A stretch of DNA of 64,000 bases, taken from assembly GCA_951406725.2 (NCBI GenBank), contig OX597815.1:175150001-175214000 (forward strand), written 5' to 3'. The DNA is from Octopus vulgaris (lineage: Eukaryota). The translations under genes and the position numbers were made by a program. This document shows positions 26,891 to 40,605 of the stretch, in pieces; within the stretch, counting starts at the first letter, position 1; each line of letters opens with the position of its first letter. The notes under the pieces are model-generated. The model was not told where the DNA came from, made no database searches, and worked only from the letters and a program-made list of their open reading frames with translations.

Positions 26891-27401
26891 TCTGGCTGGT
26901 TTTGGATAGTTATAAAAACAAGAACTCTGTAAGCCAAAGTCAGTTAGTGAGAACTGAGTCTGGCTGACCGGCTGAACAAAATGCCATCTCTAAAGGAAAA
27001 GGCACAAACTGACAACTATGGTAACTCACCAACAAACCAGTTGTCTCATCCCACCACTCTCACTTTCACTAGCTTACTTTCTTTTCTCTGTAACATTACC
27101 ATATCTCTCTTTATATATAACTATAACAATGTGTACACACATACCAGCCAAAATTAACTTTCTTTACATTGCATGCTTTACAAACTGTGTTATACTATTA
27201 CACTAGCCAATCTGTCATGGTATGGCATGTATTAAAGTAACGGTAAATAAATACTTCTTTACAACTTCGATCACCGTTCTTCCATCTTGCACACTGGCAA
27301 CCAACATCTTAACAACAACCATTACAATTGGTGACAACTCCGATGTTCCATCCTATTGTTTATCAATTATTGTTTAACCGTTACAATTGGTGACCCTTGA
27401 C
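26891..27401 (+). mobile_element. LTR followed by a degenerate, duplicated tRNA-Trp-like primer-binding site
   Basis: LTR ends CATTACA at 27326, then AT-TGGTGACAACTCCG; a second TTACA-AT-TGGTGACCCTTGAC at 27381-27401. Confidence 0.65.
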
Positions 27402-27679
27402 TACAACAAAGCACTAACCATTATAAATATATAAAGTGCCTTAAGTAATCATCGTATTCCAATTTCTTTCACTTTTCAATGAAAAGCAGATGAGCAACTA
27501 TCTTTCCATACAGGCATAACACAGGTTACGCTTTCAGGTTTTTTGGATAACGTTTTTACAAATAATCCAATAGGTTTACCATTAATTCTGTGAAATATTC
27601 ATTGGTCCCACTACTAATATCCATTCTTGCACACCAGAAAGATCAGAAATTCAACAAAGATTAAAATATCGAGGTCAAA

Positions 27680-28745
27680 CGAAAGGGAATCAGGAAAAAA
27701 TGGCATGATATGAGATTAACAAAACTTGACTAAATCAAAAAACTCAACATCAAATATTCAACATAGCTTCTTCACGATCTGCTGGAGTGGCTCTTGGTAG
27801 AATTCTGGTTTGAGCACTCCATATAGTTCCTCATAACTTTTAAATCTTTTGGAATTTTCAAAGCATTTTTGTGAATTTGTGTTCTACACATAAGAATTCA
27901 TACAACTATGAAAAAAACTTTGTTTTTAATTTTTCAAATTTAAAAAAAAAAAATCCCAGTCTGGTTTAAATCCCAGCAATTGGCCATTAAATGTGTTTAT
28001 GGGGAGAAAAATACTGAAAAGCATCAATATGTCAGAGTGACAAAGAAGCAAGGAGAGTATCAGGTGGTTGTGAGTTGTTCTAAAAATAATAGCTGAATAG
28101 CCCTTAAATCAAACACAAAAGTCTTTTTTTTGGGGGGGGGGGGTTCTTTTCATAGTTGTATGAATTCCCATGCGTAGAGTACAAATTTGCAAAAATTTTC
28201 TGAAAATGCCACAAAAAATTAAAACTGAGGGATTATATGAGGTGCTTAAAACAGAATTCCACCTGGCTCTCTTCCTGATGCAATAATGCACCATACAGTT
28301 CAAGAGAAGAGATTATTGGAATTAGTCATTACTCGTTTTGCCTCAATTTAGACATAATTTTTTGAAAACTGGAACATTATCAAATTGGACATCAACATTA
28401 GAAAAAATTGATGTACAGTCGAACAGAGAAAAGAATATTGATTGTTAAACACCAAGAGGATCGTGGGAAAATGGCACATGACCTGAAATTACTAAAACTT
28501 TAACTAAATCTAAAAACTCAACATAAAATATTCTCTGTAGTTTCTTCACAATCTGCAGAAGTGGCTCATGATATATTCACACATCATACAGTTAAAGAGA
28601 AGAAATTACTGATATTGGTCATTACTCATTTTGCCCCAGTTTAGTCAACCATTTTTGAAAATTATCAAATTAGACATTGGTGTGTGAAAAAATTGATTTG
28701 GAACCCAACAGAGGAAAGAATTTGTATTGTTGAACATCCAAAATA
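27680..28745. repeat. Composite repeat: inverted arms (about 27790-27920 and 28140-28270) plus direct repeats (27680-27800/28460-28580; 28290-28450/28585-28745)
   Basis: Examples: gaattcatacaactatgaaaa versus ttttcatagttgtatgaattc; aaaactcaacat...cttcac.atctgc twice. Confidence 0.6.
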
Positions 28746-28826
28746 GTCTAGATATTTTATTAGCAACCTCAATTACAACTGGGTCAAATTTGAGGGAAAA
28801 TTTCTTGAAAATAAAGTACCTCTTAC

Positions 28827-28849
28827 CTGACAGCTTCAAACTGCCTCAA
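28827..28849 (-). other. Candidate 23-nt non-coding (5' UTR) micro-exon of the RRM gene
   Basis: tgttgttgcag|TTGAGGCAGTTTGAAGCTGTCAG|gtaaga; splice signals only. Confidence 0.3.
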
Positions 28850-29202
28850 CTGCAACAACAATAACGGTGGCAATCCCAAAGATGATGCAAGAATACAAAA
28901 TGGTGATGCAATGCTTGCACAATGTAATTGTCTTTAAACAAATAGCAAGAAAATAACAAGAAATTGGTAATTACTCATTTTCTCCAGTTACAATTTTGCC
29001 CCACTCCCCTGTACTTATTTCAAATATTTGACAGAATGACAAAAAATATTGAAAAAAAAAAGAAAAAGATTTGATTTAATGAAAAACATGTGAGCATAAA
29101 AACAATAATTCTGATGCTGTAAAAAATGCTTTGACCTGTTGAGAGTTGTTATAATTGAAACTAAATTCAAAATTTTAATTTTGGAGCATATTCATTACTT
29201 AC

Positions 29203-29237
29203 TTGCGAGGAAAAGAAGACTGGTTGTCAATGTCTCA
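29203..29237 (-). other. Candidate 35-nt non-coding (5' UTR) exon of the RRM gene
   Basis: ttcattatttcag|TGAGAC...CGCAA|gtaagt; consensus sites in non-repeat sequence. Confidence 0.4.
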
Positions 29238-29470
29238 CTGAAATAATGAAGTTTACAATGGCAATATATACGTGTGCATATTTGTGTGTGTGTGTGTGTT
29301 TAATTATAAGTGGTCAATCTAAGGCCACTGTTCAGTCATGTGTTGAAAGAAGGAATTTGAATTAGAGACAATAAATAACTGATGAGATTATTCTGACTAC
29401 TTTGCTTGTCACAATAGATAACTTATTTCTTGCAATCTCTTTATCTAGCTTTATATACATTAGTACTCAA

Positions 29471-29502
<32 letters not shown>

Positions 29503-29869
29503 TCTCACATACTTGCACATACACACATACAGATACATATATACATTTTTAGGGGTCTTTTGTTATTATCCTTTTGTCTGTAATTGTTCCCAATGTAGCT
29601 GCAATTAATTCCCAAAAGAATTGTTGTTGCTTTGAGTCTGGATAACAAACTGTTTTTTAATTGAATGAATTGACATCAGGAATGCAGTTAAAATTATTTT
29701 TTAAGATATGTTTCTTTATTGAAAGAGAACCTCTACATGCAAAATTGCTTCGAGGTAGGGGGCTTCCTGTATTGAGTGCTACATATCCTTCCTAGCAGGT
29801 GGAGGCTAATATCTAGCTGGAGCCCGGGACAATTGCCACCTTTGACCCCCCTATAAATCCAGCCTTGGC

Positions 29870-32130
29870 TGTCCTCATCCATACACATCATATGACCATA
29901 CCAGTGCAGTCGTCTCTCTTACACACCACATCTAATGTCTCTTATGCCCAACTTTTCTCTCAAGACACTTACACTCTGTTGTACATGTACACTTTCATTG
30001 CACACCCAGCAAAGCATACTAACTTCATTTCTTGGAAGCCTTGCTTGTCCTCTACAGTCACAGCACATGTTTCACTGCCATGTAGTATGGCTATGCACAC
30101 ACAGGCATCACAAATCTGCTTTCACTCTGTGGGAGGGGCCCTTTGTTGCGAACATAGGTAGAAGCTCCCTAAACTTTGCCCAGTCTATTTCTATTCTAGC
30201 AGCTATGCTCTTGGAGCATCCACCACCATTGCTGACTTGGTCACCCAGATAACAAAAGCCATCAACTAATTCTAGGTATGGAGAGAGTGTTGGTAAAGAG
30301 TCACCACTTTAGTGAAAGTGTACATAGAGAGATCCTGTAAGTGAGCTTTTAAGAAGCATGTGTAATGAAAATATCAGAAGACATTTTTAAGAAAAATTTC
30401 TTAATTTATTAAAGGATAACGAAAGCTAAGAAGTAATATGAGCACAGCCAGGTGTATATGCATGAGTCAGAGAAAGCTTTATAACTTACATTTGAAAAAT
30501 GGATTCAGTTAGAAGTCATTATAAGCTAACAGAAATGGAGCTGGTGTAAATGAAAATACACTGCTCATGACATGGCTGGAGTTGTGGGCTGATGTCATCC
30601 AGAATTTCAAGAGGGAAGTTGGCATGAATAAAATAGGCTGTTCATGATGTGGCCAGAGTTGAAAGCTGATATATTATTCAGAGCTATTGGCAAGAAGTTG
30701 GTGTGAAAAACAAAGGGGCTGTTCCCAATGATGCTGGTCTGTTGTCTTTCCGCTGACTAGTTAAAAATGCCCACTTCTCTTCTTGGGCAGAGAACTGCTT
30801 TTGGTATTAATATGCACCCGGCCCTGATTGGCTGGAGTTGCCATTGCATCACTATGTTTCAACATGATAACAAAAATAACTTTTCTGACTCATTACCTAG
30901 GTATCTAGTGTTTACAAAGACTATTTTCCCTGTTAACATTCCTCTGTTATTGCTGCATCTCTTACATGTTTATAGCTCACACCAGGTACACCTTATGGAG
31001 TTTCTGTCTATGCCTTTTCTACAGATCAAGCAGGGCCATCTCCCTGAAGGGATTTGTGATTTGTTTGCTCCCCTACTTACTAAGATTTTTGCTAAATTAA
31101 CTCTAAGGACCTTTGATTTCAGACCTTACTTCCATACTTGAAATTTTTTCTCCAGTTCTGGTAGTGATTCAGCTATAAGAACAAGGTCTTCAGTATAGAG
31201 GAACTCCCGCTGGCAGCCCATCGTAAATTCCTCTGTTATTGGTCAGGGGTTATGATGAACAAAAAGGACTGATCCTTGGTGAATTCCTACTTGTATCCTG
31301 ATTTCATTGCTATACTTTTTGCCAGTCCTCACCTTACTGATAGCATCCCTGTACATGGCTTGTACAGCTCTCACCAACCATTCATCTATCCCTAGTTTCC
31401 ATATTGACCACCAGATAAGGGAGCAAGGGGCCCTGTCAAAGGCGTTCTCCATGTCACCAAAAGCCAAGTACAGAGGTTTATTTTTGGCCAGGTACTTCTC
31501 ATGCAGCTGCCTTATCAGGAATATAGCATTTGTGGTGCTTTTCTCTGGCACAAAACCAAACTGCAACTTTCTTCCTAATTGGTTGCACTATGATCCTTTC
31601 TATAACTTTCACCCCCTGGTCCAACAATTTGGTAGATCTGTAATTATTTCTGTTTAAGGTGCCACCTTTGCCTCTGTAGCAGTTGACTAATGGTGCTGCT
31701 ATACCTGTCATGGGGTATGACTCCCTTGTGTACAACCTCATTAACCATGCAGGTGACAAGACCTTAACCCACAGCACCAGGTATTTCAAGCATCTCAATG
31801 GTGACTCCTGATGGGCCGAGGGCTTTCCCCATCTTCATATCCTTCATGGCTTTATCTACCAAGAAACTGTCTATTTAGATTGTCTGTCCCTCTGTTGGAT
31901 CCATCTTAGGCAGACTCTCCTTCTACCATGAGTTCTCTACATTTAGTAGCCTTTCCAAGCCTCTTTCTTAGCAGAGTCACTAACTTCAAGTGAGCCATCA
32001 TCCATGCAAATGCACTTCTCTCCAACAACATCACAATATTCCCTGACACCCTGTCATGCAAGCTGAAACACTTCAAGCCACTGGTCCTCATGCTACAGAA
32101 CATTGGCAAACTTCTTTTCTGCTTCATCCC
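29870..32130 (-). mobile_element. Degraded RTE LINE (pieces at 29870-30275 and 30900-32130)
   Basis: ORF 31243..31566 'QFGFVPEKSTTNAIF...LYLAFGDMENAFDR...GIHQGSVL' is the RT core. Confidence 0.85.
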
Positions 32131-32209
32131 AGGTTTTGTCTATTCTGTAGGCACCATCAGTAGTGACTGCTCAAATGGTTGATGGTTTCACCAATTGTCT
32201 GCCAGTATA

Positions 32210-33330
32210 TGAGGGTGTACCCAAAAGAAACTGGTAGCGTCCTCTGTGGGGAAAACCAGTAGTAGTTCAGACTTCTATTGCTAGAAGCCACTTCATGCAA
32301 TACTCAAGCATCAGTCTGTCAACTGGCATCTTTGCATGAAGTCGTACTGTCATGTGGTGTGTCTTTGTTTTGCTGTGCTTCTCCCCTGTTCATTGATTTT
32401 TGTGTCAGCTGAAATGAAGGAACAGCGTGCTTCTGTGAAATTCGTTTTCTGCTGAGGAAAATGGCAGCTGAAACAGTTGTCATGCTTCAACCAGTTTACA
32501 AAGACACTGCCATGAACAAAACAAGTTTACAAGTGGTTTCCACACTTTAGGAATGGTTACTTATCACTTGAAGACCACCTCATTTAGGGCGTCCATTGAC
32601 CTCCCAAACAAATGAAAAAAATCATGAAAATTCATGAACTGATCTTGGAGGACTGTCACCGAACAGTTGGAAGTTGAACCGGATCTTTTTTCAAAGGTCA
32701 TCACTAGTGACAAAAGCTGGTGCTACGGCTATGACCCAGAAATGAAACAGCAATCAAATCAATGGAAGCATTCAATGTCACTATACCCCCCAAAAAGCGC
32801 ACCAAGTGAAGTCCAATGTGAAGGAAATGTCCACACAGAATTTGTTACTTCTGGTCAAACTTTTAACTAGACATTTTACTTGAGAGTTCTGAAGCATTTG
32901 CAAGACGCGGTGAGATGAAAGCACCCTGACCTGCGGTCAAGTGGAAAGTGGTGGTTTCATCCTGACAATGTGCCTGCACATACCACTTTGAGTGTGAGCA
33001 GTTTTTGACCAAATATGGCATGAACCCCTGCTTACCCACCCTCCCTATTCACCCTCCTTGCAGCTCTTTTTTTGTTCTGCTGAATGAAAAAAGTCCTTAA
33101 AGGAAAATGTTTTGCTGATGTGGAAGAGGTGAAGAAAAATATGATGGCGGCATCAAAGGGCATCACTTTGCAAGAGTTCCAGGACTGGAACTTCCAACAG
33201 TGGAAAACACATCTGGACTGATGCATTGCTTCAAATGGAGAATACTTTGAAGGTGATAAAAGTGTAAACAGTTAAAACTAATTAAAAAAATAATATTGTA
33301 AAATTCCAGTTTCTTTTGTGTACCCCCTGA
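32210..33330 (+). mobile_element. Tc1/mariner (mariner-type) transposon, internally deleted and pseudogenised
   Basis: TIRs TGAGGGTGTACCCAAAAGAAACTGG / CCAGTTTCTTTTGTGTACCCCCTGA with TA flanks; relic motifs 'EQRASVKF', 'ITSDKSWCYGYDPEMKQQS', 'HPDNVPAH', 'HPPYSP'. Confidence 0.92.
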
Positions 33331-33627
33331 TATATATTTTTACCTTAAAAATTTATGGCTGATTTAGTGAAATGCTAATGAATATTCTAAAAATAAATGT
33401 GACCAAGGGTGAAAAAGCATCTACATTCCTAGAAATAAGAATTTAAAAACTCTTAATGCTAAGAGTTTATTAAACTCTTATTTCTAACAATGGAGGTGTT
33501 TTGGCAGCCTAAGTCACACTTAATGACAATGACATTTTTCTTTTATTACTCTGCACCAAGCTGTTTATATTAATAATATACATACATACACACATACCTA
33601 TATATATATATATATATATATACATAC

Positions 33628-33660
<33 letters not shown>

Positions 33661-34331
33661 TGTATGTATGTATGTATGTATGTATATTATTGATGTATTT
33701 ATGTATATTTATTTTTGATGTGTGTTTGGAGGGATATATCATTCAGTTAGATATCATGGTGGCTTTCAGTTATGTTCCTGGTTATGGCTTACTGCATCAA
33801 TTAGTATTTAAGATCTACGACTGCTATGAGTTGTCATTCATGCTGCAAATGGGTAATTCCGTGTTTGCTTCTCTGGATGGAAGTATTAACTGGAGTGTAT
33901 ATTAACAACAATTATAATGACTCAGAATATGGAAACTTGTTCCTCCTCAAAATTTATTTCCTTTCATTTTACAGTATGTCATTCAACACATTTTTATGAT
34001 TATTACGACCTACACATGTTTCTTTCCACTGCACAGAGTATGAGCAGTTACACATGCAGCCAGGCATAATTTTCTGTGCAGCTTTATTCAGGATCTACTG
34101 ATTTGCTAGTTTCAAATTGAACTGAATATGGTTAGTTGTTACAGTTAGGGTTCAGGGGGAGATGAGGTGAGGTTGTTTTGAATCTGAAATCTGATCTGTT
34201 TGTAAACTTGTGTAGTTGACCTCGGTTTCACACCATTTGCTGGCTGAAGTCAAGATTGTATCTAATTAGGTTGAATTTGATGTTTCTGTTTTGGCAGGCC
34301 TCATTATGTATCATAATAGTTGGGTACTTAA

Positions 34332-34551
34332 CCCTTTCGTTACTGTATTTATTTTGAGATGCTTTGTGTTTCTTTCAATCACTTTAAATATAACAAAGAA
34401 TTTAGTATAATAACTTAGTTATCGTTAAGCTAATGTTAGGAACATAAATTGTGACTAAGTTTTGGTGGAAGATTTTAATTCAGAATGTATGAAAACAAGA
34501 CATTTATACTCAGAGTCAGAGCCGGTTTCAGCTGGGTTAGTAGCAAAAGGG
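34332..34551. mobile_element. piggyBac-type MITE, 220 bp
   Basis: TTAA TSD on both sides; termini CCCTTTCGTTAC...GTAGCAAAAGGG; near-identical copy at 51179-51398. Confidence 0.88.
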
Positions 34552-34699
34552 TTAATAACCTTATTTTCAACTGTAGTCCTTGTTATGTAATGTTTTTAGT
34601 TATTCATATATTTATTTTCTTGACTATGTAGTTTATGCTGGATAGTAGAAGATGAATAGAATATGTGCTAGTTTGGTTATGAAAGGCTGTATATTTTTT

Positions 34700-35400
34700 G
34701 AGTTTAGAATAAGTGCTTCTATTTTTCCTTTCCCACCCATCTGTGGGTGGGATGTTGAGTTATCTAGAACTGCCTTTAAATTTCTTAAATGTTTAAGGCC
34801 TTTCAAGCCTGTTATTAATTGATTTGTGTCTCAATGTAAAGATTTGGTAGATTTCATCTATACATAACTTACATCTATTTCTGCTGGCATTATACCATAC
34901 AGTAGTCCTGGAACTCTTATTACTTATGTATTGTGCATTATTATGTATATTGTGTTGTTGTTAATGTCGGGGCCTTTCCTTTTTCTGTGGTGATGGCCAA
35001 GAGCATGTGGCTTTTGCTATCGTATTTCTTTGTTGTGTTTTATGCATATGTACACCTGTGGTAGTTTACTTCACTTCTAAGGTTCAGCATACTATGGCTT
35101 CTGCGTTGTTTCCACTAGCTAGTTGCACCAGATATTCCCTCATGTTTGTATCGTTTTTGTTACTGTCTGAACTGCATATTTTTCAGTTGAATCCTATGTA
35201 TTCGTTCCTCTCTTAATAATTTCTCTATCCTTTACAAGATGGAATGAACAGGGTTTATTACAAATCACTACAACTGTTTCAACACATCAGTATCAGCTAA
35301 TGTTTGCTGAAAGTTACATATATTATACACATTATTGCATTAATATAATCCAACAATAGCTGTATACACGCATGTCTTCAGGTGACTAGAGTCCAAAGCA
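34700..35400 (-). mobile_element. Possible Penelope-like element relic
   Basis: The minus strand near 34800-34900 reads 'RNRCKLCIDEIYQIFTLRHKSINNRLE', resembling the CxLCxxE...LNxxxE end of Penelope GIY-YIG endonucleases; otherwise decayed. Confidence 0.4.
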
Positions 35401-35429
35401 TTATGTGTGTGTGTTTAATTTTTTTAGGT

Positions 35430-36170
35430 AATAGTGTAAACTATGGACACATAAGAGGTGCAGTGGTATCACAGGTAGGTTAGCAGATAAAGTAGTCTTT
35501 GTATGTGGTGGATGTGCAGGAACAATAAGCACTAAGAGCACACAGGAATTAGATTCTCTTAAAGGTCCAGGAGGCTCTCTTGAGGTTGTAGATAGTTTCT
35601 GTTACCTAGGTGACCAAATTAGCAATGGTGGAGGATGTTCTAAAAGTATTGTTTTAGAATAAGAATTGGGTGGAGGAAGTTCAGAGATCTATTACCTCTG
35701 TTGGCAACAAAAGGAATCTCTCTCGCAGTGAAAAGTAGATTATATGATGCTTGTGTACAAACGGCTATACTCCATGGTAGTGGGACATGGGCTCTGAATG
35801 CAAAAGACATGCATAGACTGGAGGCAAATGAAGATAGTATACTCCACTGGATGTGCAACATCCGTGCACATGTATGACAAGGTGCAAATATATTGAGAGA
35901 AAAGTTGGGGATAAGAGGAATCAAATGTAGCATGCAAGAGAGAAGACTACGTTGATTTGGACATGTGATGCGTATGAGTGAGGACAATTGCATAAAGAAG
36001 TGCTGATGACTCAAAGTGGATTGTATCTGTGGAAGAGGGAGACTCAGGAAAATATGGGATGAAGTGGTAAGGACTGATCTCAGAAAGTTGGACCTCACAA
36101 AGGAAATGACAATGGACCAAGGCGTCTGGCAATATGAAGTTCTTGAGAAGACCCGCCTATATTAGCAAAA
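35430..36170 (+). mobile_element. RTE LINE 3' fragment
   Basis: 'KLWTHKRCSGITGRL', 'WRKFRDLLPLLATKG', 'RLYDACVQTAILHGSGTW'. Confidence 0.85.
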
Positions 36171-37213
36171 CTGAGTTCTAAAAGCAGTGTGTGTCCCACC
36201 CACAGTTAACAAGAAAATTTCTCACACACTCTACCACAACAAAACAAACTATGTCTCTACATCTCTTCCTCACATTTCTACTTCATGTACTATGATTACC
36301 TCCCACTCCTCTTTCCTGTCCCCTTGGCCATGTGCCACTGTATTATTGTGCTCAGCTTGTCCGCATTCTACCCACATACCCTGTCTCACTCACGCTATTA
36401 TTGCTGTCTACTTGTCCCTGACCTTGGTGTTCCACATATAACAAGAATACCTTTTCATCACCCTACCCCAGCAAACCAATCTACATATCTTCTCCTTCTC
36501 GCATTTCCTCCTTCCTACACTATGCCTAGCTCTCACTCCCCAATCCTGTCCTCACATCCCTGTTCCTCTGTATCACTGCTATCCAGTAGCCCCTCCAACT
36601 CTCTATATACCCAGGCCTTTCACCACTTACTCGCACTCTTTAATCACACTCCCTTCGCAATATCCTGCCACTTACATTATAGCATTTGAACCTCAAGGGT
36701 ATGCCCTGGCATGTGCCTTCATCTATACCTCTCTCTTCCTTTACTCTAACATTCCTCGTTCCTTGTGAGTAAAAAGCTCTATTCACCTCACCTGTGCCTG
36801 TGCCACATAAGAAGCACTAAGTCCATTCTGCTGAATGGTTGGTGTTACAAAGGGCATCTGGCTGTAAAGATCCTGCCAAAACAATCACAGAAGTCTGGTG
36901 CAGGCTTCTTCCTGGCCGACTCCTGTCAAACTGTCCCACGCATGCAGGCATGGAAGGTGGACATTAAATAATGATGATGATGATTGGATCAGTTCTGAAA
37001 ATATCACTGTAGAGTGAACTTCATCATCATAGGTAAAAATAAACAAATTACTGCTAGTAGTAGTAGTGGGTAAGCTTGTTGGTAACAGTTTGATACTGTG
37101 GAAACTGGCACCTATGTATCTGTGGCTTTTGATTGGCTACAATTACCCAAATTTTGAAAAAACTTTAAAAACCATCAACAAACTATAGAATTTATTGATT
37201 TATTGCGAAAATG

Positions 37214-37623
37214 GGATCTTTTTGGTTTGAACAGCAGTTTTTTCTAGCGGTGTCATATGAAATTGTCACCCATAATTATGACCCTAGTATCGATCTATTG
37301 CATTTCAATCAGTTTTAGGGTTAGGGGTGGGGGGAAGGGTATCTTTTTTTCTTCAGAAATGTAAAAAACCCAATCTGTTTCTTAAACGAGGGACATATTT
37401 ATACGGCACAGAATGTTTTTTACCTCAATAGACGTATTTGATTGGTTGAAATTGTAGAATTTGAAGAAAAAAAACAACAAATATCTTACAAACTATAGAA
37501 TTTTCTCAATAAAACCAAGAGAAAAAATGTTTTATAAACACATTCTACCAGTATACGAAGTTTAAAAGTGTTTAGATACGTGGAAATTATTTTTTAAAAA
37601 TGCCGTTCAAACCGAAAAGATCC
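37214..37623. mobile_element. Non-autonomous DNA transposon (Merlin-like MITE), 410 bp
   Basis: TIR GGATCTTTTTGGTTTGAAC / GTTCAAACCGAAAAGATCC; 8-bp TSD CGAAAATG (37206-37213, 37624-37631). Confidence 0.85.
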
Positions 37624-37799
37624 CGAAAATGAATTTCATGTCAATGATTACATACAAAGCCACATCATTGCCCCAAATATGAAATCAATTGGAAGTAGTA
37701 GTAGTAGCAGCAACAGTAGCAGTAGTTGTAGTGGTGGTGATGGTGGTGATGGTAGTGTTGTTGTTGGTAGTATTAATAGTGAAACAAAAACAAAAATAT

Positions 37800-37920
37800 T
37801 TTGTCCGGGAATGTTTTTTTTCTATATACCCGGAATATTATTAATTAGTTCTCTTTTTATGCCTAACACCGTACAATTCAAAACAAACGCTGCGAAAAGG
37901 CGGGAAGTTCTCAACGGCAT
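37800..37920 (+). promoter_or_regulatory. Probable PMF1 promoter region
   Basis: CpG-retaining patch just upstream of the ATG, with E2F-like GGCGGGAA (37899-37906), reversed CHR-like TTCAAA (37877-37882) and ETS-like CCGGAA (37830-37835). Confidence 0.4.
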
Positions 37921-37921
37921 T

Positions 37922-37953
<32 letters not shown>

Positions 37954-38004
37954 TTCTTCCATTTAATACAAATCATTTTTGAATAGGTTATAATCTACTA
38001 GGAA

Positions 38005-38171
38005 ATGAGTGATCCTTGTAAAGTAACCGAGCCAGCCATGTCTTCCAACGATATGAAAGATCAAGAGTCAGAAGACAGCAGCGATAAAAGAAATACTCAA
38101 GTTAAACAAAAGCGTTTTAAATTATTAAAAGATGCATTGGACAAAGTTTTCACCAAAGTTGCCACTGGCAA
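38005..38171 (+). CDS. PMF1: Polyamine-modulated factor 1 / Nnf1 (MIS12 complex), coding exon 1
   Basis: ATG after an in-frame TAG; MSDPCKVTEPAMSS...KRFKLLKDALDKVFTKVATG; donor AA|gtgagt, phase 2; resembles human PMF1 'RVKLLDTMVDTFLQKLVAAG' (recalled, not searched). Confidence 0.85.
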
Positions 38172-38994
38172 GTGAGTTAAAAATTTTCACTGTTGTTAAT
38201 AATTTATTTTTTCTTTGAGCTTAAAAAAACTTTTCTTCCAGACAAAGAGCAATACATTATTTGCTATGAAGTCCAACATTTGGGACAGAAACTTTGGTCT
38301 GATCACACATTTAAATATAGACATTTCATCATGACAAAATAATTGACTCCACTTTATGAACTTTCTACCCCGTCACTAGACTACTGTTTTGCTTTTACGT
38401 TATTTTAAACACACATTGAGTCTTTTGTAAATAAGGAATTTTAATTCTTCGCTGATGAAATCATAAGGTGGAACTATGCTCAAAATTACCTCCCGTCGTT
38501 CACCAATAGGGGCAAATGCAGTTTCGCACCTCGCCTTGAAAAATGCATTTTTTTGAAAAGTTTTTTTTTTTTTTCAAATTCCTACGTTTCAGATGTCAGA
38601 GATTACGAATATACAAAAAAAATTAGCCCTCTCCCATTTAAAACTTTGAACTTTTTCGAAACTTTTTTTCCCCTATGTTTTAGATGAAGGAGATTCTGGA
38701 TATGCAAGAAACCACGTTTTGAAACTTTTAAATTCAATAAGCATATAGATAGGTGTATAAAGAGATAGATATGAATGTCTTCCTGGGGTTAAAAACAACA
38801 GTAACACCTTATAGTTGACAAATATATTTTATGAATAAACGGATAAGGATAAATAAATGGATGAAAAAGTTCAAAACGAAAAATTGGGGAGAAGTGAAAT
38901 CTGAGCCCCTTATTAAACTTCATAACATTTAATTATTAAATATTTTAATGATGTTTGTTTCTCATAAAATATAATAATATAATTTACATTATTA

Positions 38995-39148
38995 GGATCT
39001 TTACCCTTTGAACGGCAGATCGAGAAATTAATTTTTTTCTCAACAACACTAAGAGTAAAAGATGTTTTATATGACACATTCTACCAGTGTCCGAAGTTTG
39101 AAAGTGTTTAGTTACAAAAAAATAATTTCTCGATCTGCCTGTCAAAGG
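38995..39148. mobile_element. Merlin-like MITE, short 154-bp form
   Basis: GGATCTTTACCCTTTGAACGGCAGATCGAGAAATT...AATTTCTCGATCTGCCTGTCAAAGG; 8-bp TSD CATTATTA; the right TIR lacks its outer ~10 nt. Confidence 0.75.
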
Positions 39149-39364
39149 CATTATTATTTACCATTAATTAAGGCAAGCAAAAGTAATGAAAACTATTTGC
39201 CACTTGTAAAGTAATTGGTGTAAAGAAGGACATCTTGTTCTAGAAACCATGCCAAAGTATGGCAGAGTTTTCTGCAATGTTCTGACTTGTCGTCTGTCAA
39301 ACTATCAGCCCCATGCCAGCACGGAAGGAGGATGTTAAATAATGATGATGATGTGTGTCTGTGA

Positions 39365-40605
<1,241 letters not shown>

